From positions 1 through 57,336 of the forward strand of contig NW_021833615.1 in assembly GCF_006345805.1 (NCBI RefSeq): a stretch of DNA of 57,336 nt. Direction: 5' to 3'. Positions 1-11,849 of the stretch are shown here, piece by piece. The number at the start of each line of letters is the position of its first letter. Positions within the stretch are counted from its first letter, which is position 1. The notes beneath the pieces are model-generated. The model made no database searches. It was given only the letters and a program-made list of their open reading frames with translations, and had not been told where the DNA came from. The translations under genes and the position numbers were made by a program. The stretch is from Octopus sinensis. Its lineage: Eukaryota.

Positions 1-185
1 TGTACATGTGAGTGAATATAGATCTAGATATATATATGCACATATAGACACACATATATACATATAAATATAAGATTCTATGGTAAATATGTGTGTGTAT
101 GTGTATGATTGCGTGTAAATATATACATGTGAATATAGATCTATATATGCACATATATACACACATATGTACGTACAGATCTAGA

Positions 186-235
<50 letters not shown>

Positions 236-436
236 TATATACACACATACATACTACATACATATAAATATAAGATACGATGCTAAATATATGTGTATGA
301 TTGCGTGTAAATATGTACATGTGAATATAGATCTATATATATAGAGATCTATATATATATATACACACATATATATACGTACAGATCTATATATATATAT
401 ATATACTGCACATATATACGTACAGATCTATCTATC

Positions 437-467
<31 letters not shown>

Positions 468-508
468 ACATATATACACACATATGTACGTACCGATCTA
501 GATCTATC

Positions 509-549
<41 letters not shown>

Positions 550-585
550 TATATATACACACACATATGTACGTACGCAGAGAAT
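1..585. repeat. Compound (TA)n/(CA)n low-complexity array with reiterated GTACAGATCTA-type subunits
   Basis: Recurrent atatagatcta / tacgtacagatct blocks separated by TA runs; the block near 20-150 recurs near 225-345. Confidence 0.85.
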
Positions 586-1064
586 TGTGGTTTAGCGCCA
601 TTTTTCTCCAACACGTAAGCAAGTAGAAAAGCTAAGCCAACTTGTTGGTAAAAGGATGGGGGATGGAGTGAGTACTTGGTTGGTTCTTTTTTTTGTTGTG
701 TTTGTTGTTTGCTTTTCTTTTTCCTTTTTCTTTTTGCTTTTTTTTTTTTTCTCGGGGATTTTTCAACGGTTGGAAGAAATAGTAATAAAAAAAAAAATTT
801 TTTTTTTTTTACACACAGCGAAAGAGAGAAGAAAGAAAGAAAGTAAGAGAAAAAAAAAATATATATATATATATCTAGCTATAATATACCTACCTTTCAT
901 GTTACTCGACATCCTTTCACCATAACATTCAGTAAGACTTCCCAATCACTCAAAACAAACCGAAAACTAGAGCATCCAACAAAGAGGTAAAAATAAAACC
1001 AGAACAGGCTGATTTACATGTGTAGGTCACAGACATGACATTAACATAACTTAGCATATATTAC

Positions 1065-1400
1065 CCTTGTTCGACCTCACCCCACCCGATTTAGCGCCCG
1101 AGACGGCAAAGCGCCGTCTTCGGCCGGCCGTCGGCGGTAGCGATCGCAGCTGTGCAGAGAGGCTCGGACATCGCCGCCGGTTTCGTCCCGATTTGTCGCC
1201 CGTAATGTCCGCAAACGGGGTCCCGAAGCCGCGACCTATATTCTTGGATCGCTAGGCTGGCGCCGCGCAGTGATACCGGCGCCGTGCAATGCTCTCCTCC
1301 CGCTCCTCCCCCCGTCGACGCTTGCAAAAATATCGTCTTCCGCCTCCTCGTTCCGGAGGTTGTGAAGTGTCTACTGCTGCCGTGCTTCTGCTACTCCGCT
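1065..1400. promoter_or_regulatory. CpG-island-like segment; possible promoter or first exon, probably of a minus-strand transcript
   Basis: Abrupt GC- and CpG-rich non-repetitive sequence in an AT-rich window; minus-strand donor-like AGG|GTAATA with GT at 1064-1063; no recognisable protein in any frame. Confidence 0.45.
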
Positions 1401-1479
1401 CGCAACCACTACTCTCACTACTACCATCACCACCTCTACCGCTTCTGTCATACTTAGGTAACCAAGGAAGGCAACACAA

Positions 1480-1975
1480 GCAGCAGTAGCAGTAGTAGTA
1501 GTAAGTAGCAGCAGTATTCAATAACTCAGTGTGGTTGGCATATTTCCTCCACCCCTACACTCACTGCTGCTAGTAGTAGTAGTAGTAAGTAATAGCAGCA
1601 GCCGTAGTAGTAATAACAGCGCTTATACACTGGTGGTGGTGGTGGTGTGGTGGTGGTAGTGGTAGTGCTTGTGCTATAGCAGCAGTGTTTGCAATTAGTA
1701 GTAGTAGTAGTAGTAGTAATAATAGCAGTAATGTTTGTACTATTGGTAGTAGTAGTTGTAAAGGCAGTGCTTTCTTTTTTAGTCTTTCACTCGTGATAGT
1801 AGTAGCAGTAGTAGTAGTCAGTAGTAGTAGTAGTAGTAGAAGTAGCGGCAATAATACCACTGCTATAACCACCACCACCACCACCACTACTACTACTACT
1901 ATTACTGCTACAACCAACCAACCAACCACTACTACCACTACACTACTGGTATACACTGCTGTATAGTTATAGTGG
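1480..1975. repeat. (AGT)n/(GGT)n/(ACC)n trinucleotide mosaic
   Basis: Direct reading of the sequence. Confidence 0.9.
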
Positions 1976-2014
1976 TTATGACAATACAATTTGAAGATAA
2001 TATGCGCGTGTATG

Positions 2015-2052
<38 letters not shown>

Positions 2053-2224
2053 TGTATATATATCACCTTCTCCAATTGATGTGTAGATATATGTATTCAT
2101 ATATATAATTTAATAAATAATTCTATGTCTATACACTGTAATCTATATGTATATGCATATATATTTTTATATACTCTATATATGCATGAACACAAAATTA
2201 GATTTTATATATATATACACACAC

Positions 2225-2262
<38 letters not shown>

Positions 2263-3217
2263 CATACATACAAACGCATGCTTGTGTGTGTATAAACAAT
2301 TATATGTGGCTTTCTTTATAAGTATGTGTGTGTGTGGTTTATTAGAAAAGATTGCGTGCGCGTAAACTGTGTGTATATGAGAGAGAGAAAAAACGAGAGA
2401 GGGATATATAATATATTGATATATATATATTTGTATGTGTGTGTGTGAGAGAGAGAGAGAAAAAACGAGAGAGAGTATATATAATATATTGATATATATT
2501 TTATATGTGTGTGAGAGAGAGAGAAAGAGAGAGATACATCTCTACACACTCACATGTCTGTGTGTGTGTGTATGTATATATATATATAAATATATACACA
2601 CACACATAATAAACGTGTGTGTGATGTGTATGCAAAGTGTTTGTAAGCCCAGCAATACACAATCCGTACTGAATGAACAGTTTTTACAAAAAAATAGATA
2701 GAGAGAGAGAGAGAGCGAGAGAGAGACAGAAAAGGAAAATTTCTAGTAGTTTATTGTAAAAGATGAATAAACTATCTCGCTGCTACTACTACACATGACT
2801 AAGGTTAGCAGAGTCGCCTACCTCCACCCACGACCATCTCCCCTATTTCCCTCACACTGACACTTTTCTCCTTTCTTCTTTATGCGCACTGACGCTCTTT
2901 CTTTCTCTCTCTCTCTCTCGCTGCCATTCATACGTACACTCTCAAATACTTTGTGTCTCTCACACACACAGAGACACATATACACACTCATATATACATA
3001 CATACATATAATTTTGATCCTCATGCGTTTACATGATCTCACAAGCACTCATACACCAAAACACACGTTCTCTCTCTCTTTTTTTTTCTCTCTCTTTCTC
3101 TCTCTCTCCACGAGCAAGTGCGAGAAAATATTTTTAACACATTTATTCTCTCTGCACAGCTATCTGCGTGTGCAATCTATTCTAAAACGTTGTCATTACG
3201 TTGTGTATATATGTGTG

Positions 3218-3286
<69 letters not shown>

Positions 3287-3419
3287 CATATATATAGAGA
3301 GATAGATAGATAGATAGATAGATAATATTACTCAAAAGTATGCCTTTTGTAGATCCATTTCAGCCGATTGTACTAACTCTTCACAAATATACGAGTGCAT
3401 ATTTTCCCTAACTTATGGG

Positions 3420-3420
3420 T

Positions 3421-3456
<36 letters not shown>

Positions 3457-3739
3457 TTACACACACATACATACATACATACATACATACTTACACACAC
3501 ACATACATACATACATACATCATACATACATACATACTTACATACATACATACATACGTACATACATACATACATACATACATACACACACATACATACA
3601 TACATACTTACACACACACATACATACATACATACTTACATACATACATACATACATACTTACATACATACATACATACTTACATACTTACATACATACA
3701 TACATACATACATACATCATACATACACACATACATACA

Positions 3740-3773
<34 letters not shown>

Positions 3774-3906
3774 CATGCATACATACATACTTACATACAT
3801 ACATACATACGTACGTACATACATACATACATACATACATACTTACACACACACATACATACATACATACATACATACTTACATACATACATACATACTT
3901 ACATAC

Positions 3907-3937
<31 letters not shown>

Positions 3938-3985
3938 CATACATACACACACACCACACACACACACACATACACGCTTACACTC
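3420..3985. repeat. (CATA)n/(CA)n microsatellite, about 560 bp
   Basis: Direct reading; source of the HTYI/MYVC pseudo-ORFs. Confidence 0.95.
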
Positions 3986-4440
3986 TCGCGCTTACACACA
4001 AACAGAGATAAAAAAAAAAGAAAGTACATGTTTCCACAATGCATGCAAGCGAGAGATAAAGTACTCAATACTAGAGATGTACAATTTATTCGAGGTTGTA
4101 AAACTACGAAGCACTTACTCCTTCCAAGAAGTTGGGAGTAACGACTTAAGAAGTTTCAAGCACCATGAAATAATTTGTGTGTGTGTATAAGCGTATGTGT
4201 ACATTCTATTGAAGCATATATCGATCTGTAATTGGTGGATACAATGAGCTGAGGGGAAATAATGGCATGCATTTGGTTGGAGAGGATATATTGAATGAGA
4301 TATGCCAAAAAAAAATTCTCACTTAACTCAAATATTCCCTCTTTGATGTGAAAAGAAAGCCAATACCGAGAGATAATGTTGGCGACTAGCAAGGAAAAGG
4401 GGAGGTAATCTAAAATCTAATACTTCACAAAATTATATCT

Positions 4441-4552
4441 AGGCACAGGCATGGCTGGGTGATAAGATGCTTGCTCACCAACCACATGGTTTCGTGTTCG
4501 GTCTCACTACATGGCGCTTTAGGCAAGTGTCTTTTACTATAACTACGGGCTG
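4441..4552 (+). mobile_element. SINE-A 5' head, truncated by a MITE
   Basis: Diverged head (ccaaccacatggttt...ggcaagtgtctt) ending at the MITE start. Confidence 0.75.
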
Positions 4553-5797
4553 GGATCTTTTCGGTTTGAACGGCAGTTTTTTAAAATAATTTTTAGGTAA
4601 CTAAAAAAATTTTAACTTCCTATACTGGTAGAATGTGTTTATAAAACATCTTTTTCTCTTGGCTAATTGAGAAAATTCTATAGTTTATAAGATATTTGTT
4701 GTTGTTTTCTTCAATTTCTGCTATTTCAACCAATCACTGACGTCTATTGAGGTGAAAACATTCTGTGCTGTATGAATATGTCTCTCGTTTAAGAAACAGA
4801 TTGGGTTTATTTACATTTGTGAAGAAGAAAAAAAGATACCCTTCCCCCATCCCTAACCCTAAAACAGATTGAAATGCAATAGATCGATACTAGGGTCATA
4901 ATTATGGGTGACAATTTCATACGACACCGCTAGAAAAAACTGCCGTTCAAACCGAAAAGATCCTTTGTAAGATATTTGTTGTTGCTTTTTCTTCAATTTC
5001 AACCAATCAATGACGTCCATTGAGGTAAACAACATTCTGTGCTGTATGAATAGGTTCCTCGTTTAAGAAACAGATTGGGTTTATTTACATTTGTGAAAAA
5101 AAAAAAGATGCCCTTTCCCCCATCCCTAACCCTAACCCGAAAACAGATTGAAATGCAATAGATCGATACTAGGGTCATAATTATGGGTGACAATTTCATA
5201 CGACACCACTAGAAAAAACTGCCGTTCAAACCGAAAATATCCTTTGTAAGATATTTGTTGTTGCTTTTTCTTCAATTTCAACTAATCAATGACGTCCATT
5301 GAGGTAAACAACATTCTGTGCTGTATGAATATGTCCCTCGTTTAAGAAACAGATTGGGTTTATTTACATTTGTGAAGAAAAAGAAGATACCCTTCCCCCC
5401 ACCCCTAACCCTAAAACAGATTGAAATGCAATAGCTCGATACTAGGGTCATAATTATGGGTGACAATTTTCAATACGACAAACCGCTAAAAAAACTGGCC
5501 GTTCCAAACCGAAAATATCCTTTGTAAGATATTTGTTGTTGCTTTTTCTTCAATTTCAACCAATCAATGACGTCCATTGAGGTAAACAACATTCTGTGCG
5601 TATGAATAGGTTCCTCGTTTAAGAAACAGATTGGGTTTATTTACATTTGTGAAGAAAAAAAGATACCCTTCCCCCTACCCCTAACCCTAACCCGAAAACA
5701 GATTGAAATGCAATAGATCGATACTAGGGTCATAATTATGGGTGACAATTTCATACGACACCGCTAGAAAAAACTGCCGTTCAAACCGAAGAGATCC
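4553..5797 (+). mobile_element. GGATC-terminal MITE (4553-4963) followed by three tandem copies of its 3' ~278 bp
   Basis: TIR GGATCTTTTCGGTTTGAACGGCAGTTTT and its reverse complement ending at 4963; repeat units start at 4964, 5243 and 5521; no TSD. Confidence 0.9.
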
Positions 5798-5994
5798 AAA
5801 CTCTGAAGGACCGCTGCAGTAATATGTGTGTGACGCTGAGAGGGAATATACTGCATAACTTATCTCCTGTATTTTCTTCTACCCGAAGCTAGGAATTTTT
5901 CAGTACCTCCTCGTTCTGTACACGATGCTACGGGTAGTCAAGGAACTAGAAATGTATTCGCCGTTCCGCAGAGAAAGAGAGAGAGAGAGAGACC

Positions 5995-7030
5995 GGATCT
6001 TTTTGGTTTGAACGGCAGTTTTTTTCTAGCGGTGTCATATGAAATTGTCACCCATAATTATGACCCTAGTATCGATCTATTGCATTTCAATCTGTTTTAG
6101 GGTTAGGGGTGGGGGAAGGGTATGTTTATGTTTATGTTTTCCAGTTTCAGCTCTTGAGCTGTGGCCATGCTGGTGTCTTTTTTTTTTCTTCACAAATGTA
6201 AATAAACCCAATCTGTTTCTTAAACGAGGGACATATTCATACGGCACAGAATGTTTACCTCAATGGACATCATTGATTGGTTGAAATTGAAGAAAAAGCA
6301 ACAACAAATATCTTACAAACTATAGAATTTTCTCAATAAAGCCAAGAGAAAAAGATGTTTTATAAACACATTCTACCAGTATACGAAGTTTAAAAGTGTT
6401 TAGTTACATGGAAATTATGTTAAAAAACTGCCGTTCAAACCGAAAAGATCCCTTCATTGGATCGTACCCCTTTTTGTTGTTGTTGTTGTTGTCGTTCCGT
6501 TCCAGTTGAGCCCTGATCCATCGGGCCTTTAGATCAAAGACCAAAAGTATTCCCACCATGACGAACCCAGCTTTTATTCGCACATTATGTACCAAGGACT
6601 ACATTATCTAAGTGTTTGTAGTTATTGTAGTTGTTGCTGCTTAGCACCAAATCAAGCCCGGTCCAGCCGTGACTATCCCGTCTGATTATAAGAACTACAT
6701 TAAACAGAGGAAGAACTGGTTCTTTTTGGTTACACATGTCTTCTCTTGGTGTTCCTTAGTATTATGTTGTGGTTCTTTGATCCTCGGTCAATCCTGTTCA
6801 AATGCATTCCAGCTATGACCATCCCATTTTTTTCCCTACTTGAAGGAAATCCAGGATCACATTATCCAACGTCTGTCTGTCTCTCTTCGAAAAAAAAAAA
6901 AAAAAGGGAAAAAAAAAAGACGGTAGGGAGTGATTATGAGTGAAAGAATTGGTTGCTATGTCTAGGAAATTGAAATTTTTTAGTTACCTAGAAATTATGT
7001 TAAAAACTGCCGTTCAAACCGAAAAGATCC
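5995..7030 (-). mobile_element. Composite MITE: inverted MITE + captured flank + extra terminal fragment
   Basis: 8-bp TSD GAGAGACC at 5987-5994 and 7031-7038; TIRs at both ends and internally ending at 6451; 6452-6974 is an inverted copy of about 10633-11168. Confidence 0.9.
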
Positions 7031-7172
7031 GAGAGACCTTTGAAATTACTCTCGATGTCTTTCAAACATCTATTGCCTGAAGCTAGCTAGAAAGGTTTCT
7101 CAGTAAATCAGCAATGAATACAGCATTTGTGCAAGTCAAATATGTCCGAAACATATTTGAATAGATCTAGAT

Positions 7173-7499
7173 CAGTGATTCTCAACCTGGGTTTATTGTA
7201 AGATTTTTGATGGTCCACGCAACAAAATAGTAAACTGGGGAGTCACAATACTAGTTTAGGGGCCCCTGAAAAAAATGTTGCTTTAGATGTATGTATTGCA
7301 AGAAACAGCTGGGTCTCTTTCTCTAACATTTTACAAAGTTCAACCGACACAAGTTAATGTGTGGAAAACAAAAAATAGGGATTTTGAAAAGAGTTTCTAT
7401 AAAACTGATTTTTAAACATGGAGTGGCCATAGGGATCCACCAAAATAAAATAGTAATTAAAGGGGTCCATAGATTAAAAAAAAAGATTTTGAACCCCTG
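7173..7499 (+). mobile_element. hAT (Charlie-like) MITE
   Basis: Termini CAGTGATTCTCAAC...TTTGAACCCCTG; flanks ATCTAGAT and CTTTAGAT resemble the NTCTAGAN hAT-Charlie target. Confidence 0.7.
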
Positions 7500-7555
7500 C
7501 TTTAGATGTATGTATTTGTATGTATTGCAAAAAACATCTTGCTTACTTTCTCTAA

Positions 7556-7940
7556 TCTCTCTCTATATAAAGCTGAAGTTGTCTGTGTGTGGCAGGTTTG
7601 GTAGCCTTCAACTAACACTATCTCCTCTGAGACCCTGCTGTGCAAGTTGACCAAAATTGAGAGTATGATAGAAAAGGCTTGCTTGTTCCTTCCGTAGAAG
7701 AAAATTCAAATCGGACCATGTTAACACCAAAAATTATTTACATCAAAAAGGTGCTTTTTTTCCTATGAAAATCCTTATTTTTTACGATTTTTTGACTGCT
7801 GTGTCGCCATTTTTCGGTGTATTTCAACCAGAAAAATGTTCACTTAAAGAGAATAACAAGCTACATAATGCAAAGTTTTTCAAAAATTCCAATTCTAAAG
7901 GGTTGAAACAAACCCAAGCAACGCCAGGCGATACTGCTAG
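7556..7940 (+). mobile_element. Non-autonomous Helitron
   Basis: A|TC 5' end, CTAG|T 3' end, subterminal GC-rich hairpin region (CCCAAGCAACGCCAGG), no TSD; homologues at 28512-29265. Confidence 0.85.
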
Positions 7941-8005
7941 TATTTGAAATAGTTTAATCTACACAAGTTAATGTGGGAAAGACAAAATAGGAATTTTGAA
8001 AGACG

Positions 8006-8204
8006 TTTGTGCGGGTGGCACATAAAAAGCACCCACTACACTCACGGAGTGGTTGGCGTTAGGAAGGGCATCTAGCCGTAGAAACACTGCCAGATTTGAC
8101 TGGGCCTGATGAAGCCTTCTGGCTTCACAGACCCCAGTAGAACCGTCCAACCCATGCTAGCATGGAAAGCGGACGCTAAACGATGATGATGATGATGATG
8201 ATGT
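8006..8204 (+). mobile_element. SINE-B 3' part with (GAT)n tail
   Basis: Family terminus CATGGAAAGCGGACGCTAAACGATGATGAT. Confidence 0.85.
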
Positions 8205-8462
8205 TTCTATAAAACTGATAGATTGTACAACATCGAATGGCTATAGGGGTCAACCAGGGTAAAATAGAAATCAAAGGGGTCTGTAGATTTAAAAAATGAT
8301 TGGGAACTCCTGACCTAGATGCTTGTTTTCTATATACTTCTTTTTGCAACAAACAGATATGTTTTCAACGGCGAGCTGACACAATCATTTCGGAACCAGG
8401 AGTAAAAACTTTACTTTTCCGGCTCTATACTTCCCGAGTTCAAAAACTGCTGAGGTTAATTT

Positions 8463-8860
8463 GGATCTTTTCGGTTTCACCGGCAGTTTTTTTTAAATAA
8501 TTTCCACGTAACTAAACACTTTTAAACTTCGTATACTGGTAGAATGTGTTTATAAAACATCTTTTCTCTTGGCTTTATTGAGGAAATTCTATACTTTGTA
8601 AGATATTTGTTGCTTTTGTTTCTTCAATTTCTGCAATTTCAACCAATCAATGACGTGTATTGAGGTAAAAACCATTCTGTGCCGTATTGGGTTTTATTTA
8701 CATTTGTGAAGAAAAAAAGATACCCTTCCCCAAACCCCTCACCCTAACCCTAACCCTAAAACAGATTGAAATGCAATAGATCGATACTAGGGTCATAATT
8801 ATGGGTAACAATTTCATATGACATCGTTAGAAAAAACTGCTGTTCAAACCGAAGAGATCC
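8463..8860 (+). mobile_element. GGATC-terminal MITE, single copy without TSD
   Basis: TIRs at both ends; interrupts an old SINE-C-like head on the left; right flank is unrelated. Confidence 0.9.
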
Positions 8861-9035
8861 CTAAAAACACCTTCCCTCAAGAAAAAAAAAAAATTCAGTT
8901 CTTTTGTCTGTACTAGAAACTACTAAATGATTTTAGTGAATGGGCAAACTGCGGCCCGCATGACTCTAAATGGCACGCCGAACGAAAAACTACCTTCGAT
9001 TTTCTTTTTTTTTTTTTTCTTTTTTTTAGTTTAAC

Positions 9036-9440
9036 AGGCGCAGGAGTGGCTGTGTGGTAAGTAGCTTGCTAACCAGCCACATGGTTCCGGGTTCTGTCCC
9101 ACTGCGTGGCATCTTGGGCAAGTGTCTTCTGCTATAGCCCCGGGCCAACCAATGCCTTGTGAGTGGATTTGGTAGACGGAAACTGAAAGAAGCCTGTCGT
9201 ATATATGTATATATATATATGTATGTGTGTCTGTGTTTGTCACCCTAGCATTGCTTGACAACCGATGGTGGTGTGTTTTACGGTCCCTGTTACTTAGCGG
9301 TTCGGCAAAAGAACAGTAGAATAAGTACTGGGCTTACAAAGAATAAGTCCCGGGATCGATTTGCTCAACTAAAGGCGGTGCTCCAGCATGCCGCCCAGTC
9401 AAATGACTGAAACAAGTAAAAGAGTAAAAGAGTAAAAGAG
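9036..9440 (+). mobile_element. SINE-A, full length
   Basis: tRNA-like head with A box TGGCTGTGTGG and B-box-like GGTTCTGTCCC, CORE-like CTTGGGCAAGT, tail GACTGAAACAAGTAAAAGAG. Confidence 0.9.
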
Positions 9441-10173
9441 TATATATTATATATATATATATATTATATACAGTCCAAACTATACTCAGGAGATAGAGAG
9501 ATGCGGCGTAGAAAGAGATATAGAGAGGGGGAGGCTAGGAACAGATAGCAGAGAGGGGGGGTTTAGTAAAAGAAAGATAAACAGAGAGAGGGTTAGGAAG
9601 AAACAGACAGGCAGAAAAGTAGGTAAGGAAGGGAAAGATAAACAGAGAGAGAGGAGGGGGTTAGGAAAAGAGTGATAGAAAGGAAAGAGGTAGTTCGAAA
9701 GAGACTGAGATATAAAAGGGAGGTTTAGGAAGAGAGATAGAGAGAGAAAAGTTAGAGAGAGGCAGCGAGAGAAAGAGGGGAGGTAAGAAGAGATTTATAT
9801 ATATATATATAGAGAGAGAGAAAGATGGGGAGGCAAAGAGAGATAAGGAGAGTAAGAGAGCGAACAAGAAAATGAGGGAGGGAGTTTGGGAAAAAGAACC
9901 ACCCTTTTACTTTGAATAATACCAGAGAGACGGGGGTGAAGGAGGAAGAGCGGGCACAAAGAAAGAGAGTCCTCATGGAGGTCGCTTAATACGCTAGAAA
10001 TAGCAGCCAAATTTGTGAATTCTACTCAAAATTTCATGTGTTGTAATAATTACACAATTTTTTTTTCCCACACAACCGTAACCGGTCTATAAGAAATTAT
10101 TATTATTATTAGTAGTAGTATTATTATTAAGCTAAATTTTAAACTTCTAAATGCGCAAAAAAAAAATATCTGC

Positions 10174-10570
10174 AGGCAGGAGTGGCTGTGTGGTAAGTAG
10201 CTTGCTAACCAACCACATGGTTCAGGGTTCAGTCCCACTGCGTGGCACCTTGGGCAAGTGTCTTCTGCTATAGCCCCGGGCCGACCAATGCCTTGTGAGT
10301 GGATTTGGTAGACGGAAACTGAAAGAAGCCTGTTGTATATATGTATATATATATATATGTATGTGTGTGTTTGTCCCCCTAGCATTGCTTGACAACCAAT
10401 GCTGGTGTGTTTACGTCCCCGTCACCTAGCGGTTCAGCAAAAGAGACCGATAGAATAAGTACTGGGCTTACAAAGAATAAGTCCCGGGGTCAATTTGCTC
10501 GACTAAAAGGCGGTGCTCCAGCATGGCCGCAGTCAAATGACTGAAACAAGTAAAAGAGTAAAAGAGTAAA
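10174..10570 (+). mobile_element. SINE-A, full length
   Basis: Same head, core and tail as 9036-9440. Confidence 0.9.
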
Positions 10571-11168
10571 TATTTTTGACATTTTTTTTCTCACTTCGAA
10601 CATCAAAAGCAATCCTCTGTACGGTCATTCAGTTTCCTAGACATAGCAACCAATTCATTCACTCCTAATCACTCCCTACAGTCTTTTTTTCTTTCTTTCT
10701 TTTTTTTTTTTTTTTTTTTTACGAAGAGAGACAGACAGACAGACAGACAGACGTTGGATAATGTGATCCTGGATTTCCTGCAAGTAGGGAAAAAGATGGG
10801 ATGGTCATGGCTGGAATGCCTTTGAACAGGATTGACCGAGGATCAAAGAACCACAACATAATACTAAGGAACACCAAGAGAAGACATGTGTTACCAAAAA
10901 GAACCAGTTCTTGCTCTATTTAACGTAGTTCTTATAATCAGACGGGATAGTCACGGCTGGACCGGGCTTGATTTGGTGCTAAGCAGCAACAACTACAATA
11001 ACTACAAACACTTAGATAATGTAGTCCTTGGTACATAATGTGCGAATAAAAGCTGGGTTCGTCATGGTGGGAATACTTTTGGTCTTTGATCTAAAGGCCC
11101 GATGGATCAGGGCTCAACTGGAACGGAACGACAAGAACAACAACAAAAAGGGGTACGATCCAATGAAG

Positions 11169-11849
11169 GGATCTTTTCGGTTTGAACGGCAGTTTTTAAT
11201 ATAATTTCTAGGTAACTAAAAAATTTTTAAACTTCCTATACTGGTAGAATGTGTTTATAAAACATCTTTTTCTCTTGGCTTTATTGAGAAAATTCTAGTT
11301 TGTAAGATATTTGTTGTTTTTTTTTTCTTCAATCTCTGCAATTTCAACCAATCATTGACGTCCATTGAGGTAAAATACATTCTGTGCCATATGAATATGT
11401 CCCTCGTTTTAGAAACAGATTGGGTTTAGGATCTTTTCTGTTTGAATGGCAGTTTTTAACATAATTTCTAGGTAACTAAAAAGTTTTAAACTTCATATAC
11501 TGGTAGAATGTGTGTTTATAAAACATCTTTTTCTCTTGGCTTTATTGAGAAAATTCTATAGTTTGTAAGATATTTGTTGTTTTTTTTCCTTCAATTTCTG
11601 AAATTTCAACCAATCAATGACGTCTATTGAGTTGAAAACATTATGTTCCGTATGAATATGTCCCTCATTTAAGAAACAGCTTGGGTTTATTTACATTTGT
11701 GAAGAAAAAAAGATACCCTTCCCCCCCACCCCTAACAACCCTAACCCTAAAACAGATTGAAATGCAATAGATCAATACTAGGGTCATAATTATGGGTGAC
11801 AATTTCATATGACACCGCTAGAAAAACTGCCGTTCAAACCGAAAGATCC
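11169..11849 (+). mobile_element. GGATC-terminal MITE with internal restart at 11429
   Basis: 8-bp TSD CAATGAAG at 11161-11168 and 11850-11857; second left TIR at 11429. Confidence 0.92.

Larger units (their letters stand above)
7500..8312 (+). mobile_element. Diverged, 5'-truncated second hAT MITE copy hosting a Helitron and a SINE-B
   Basis: Homologous to 7281-7499; ends GGGAACTCCTG followed by ACCTAGAT. Confidence 0.6.

Noticed and set aside
1067-1521. Protein-coding calls for the four ORFs over the CpG island, or bacterial contamination
   Set aside because: Short overlapping ORFs with no recognisable motif; the island grades directly into flanking microsatellites
8105-8130. CTGATGA followed by a hairpin in SINE-B
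   Set aside because: Other copies read CTGGTGCA; no GAAA follows
8740-8760. Interstitial telomere (CCCTAA)n
   Set aside because: Only one to three units, always at the same internal position of the MITE
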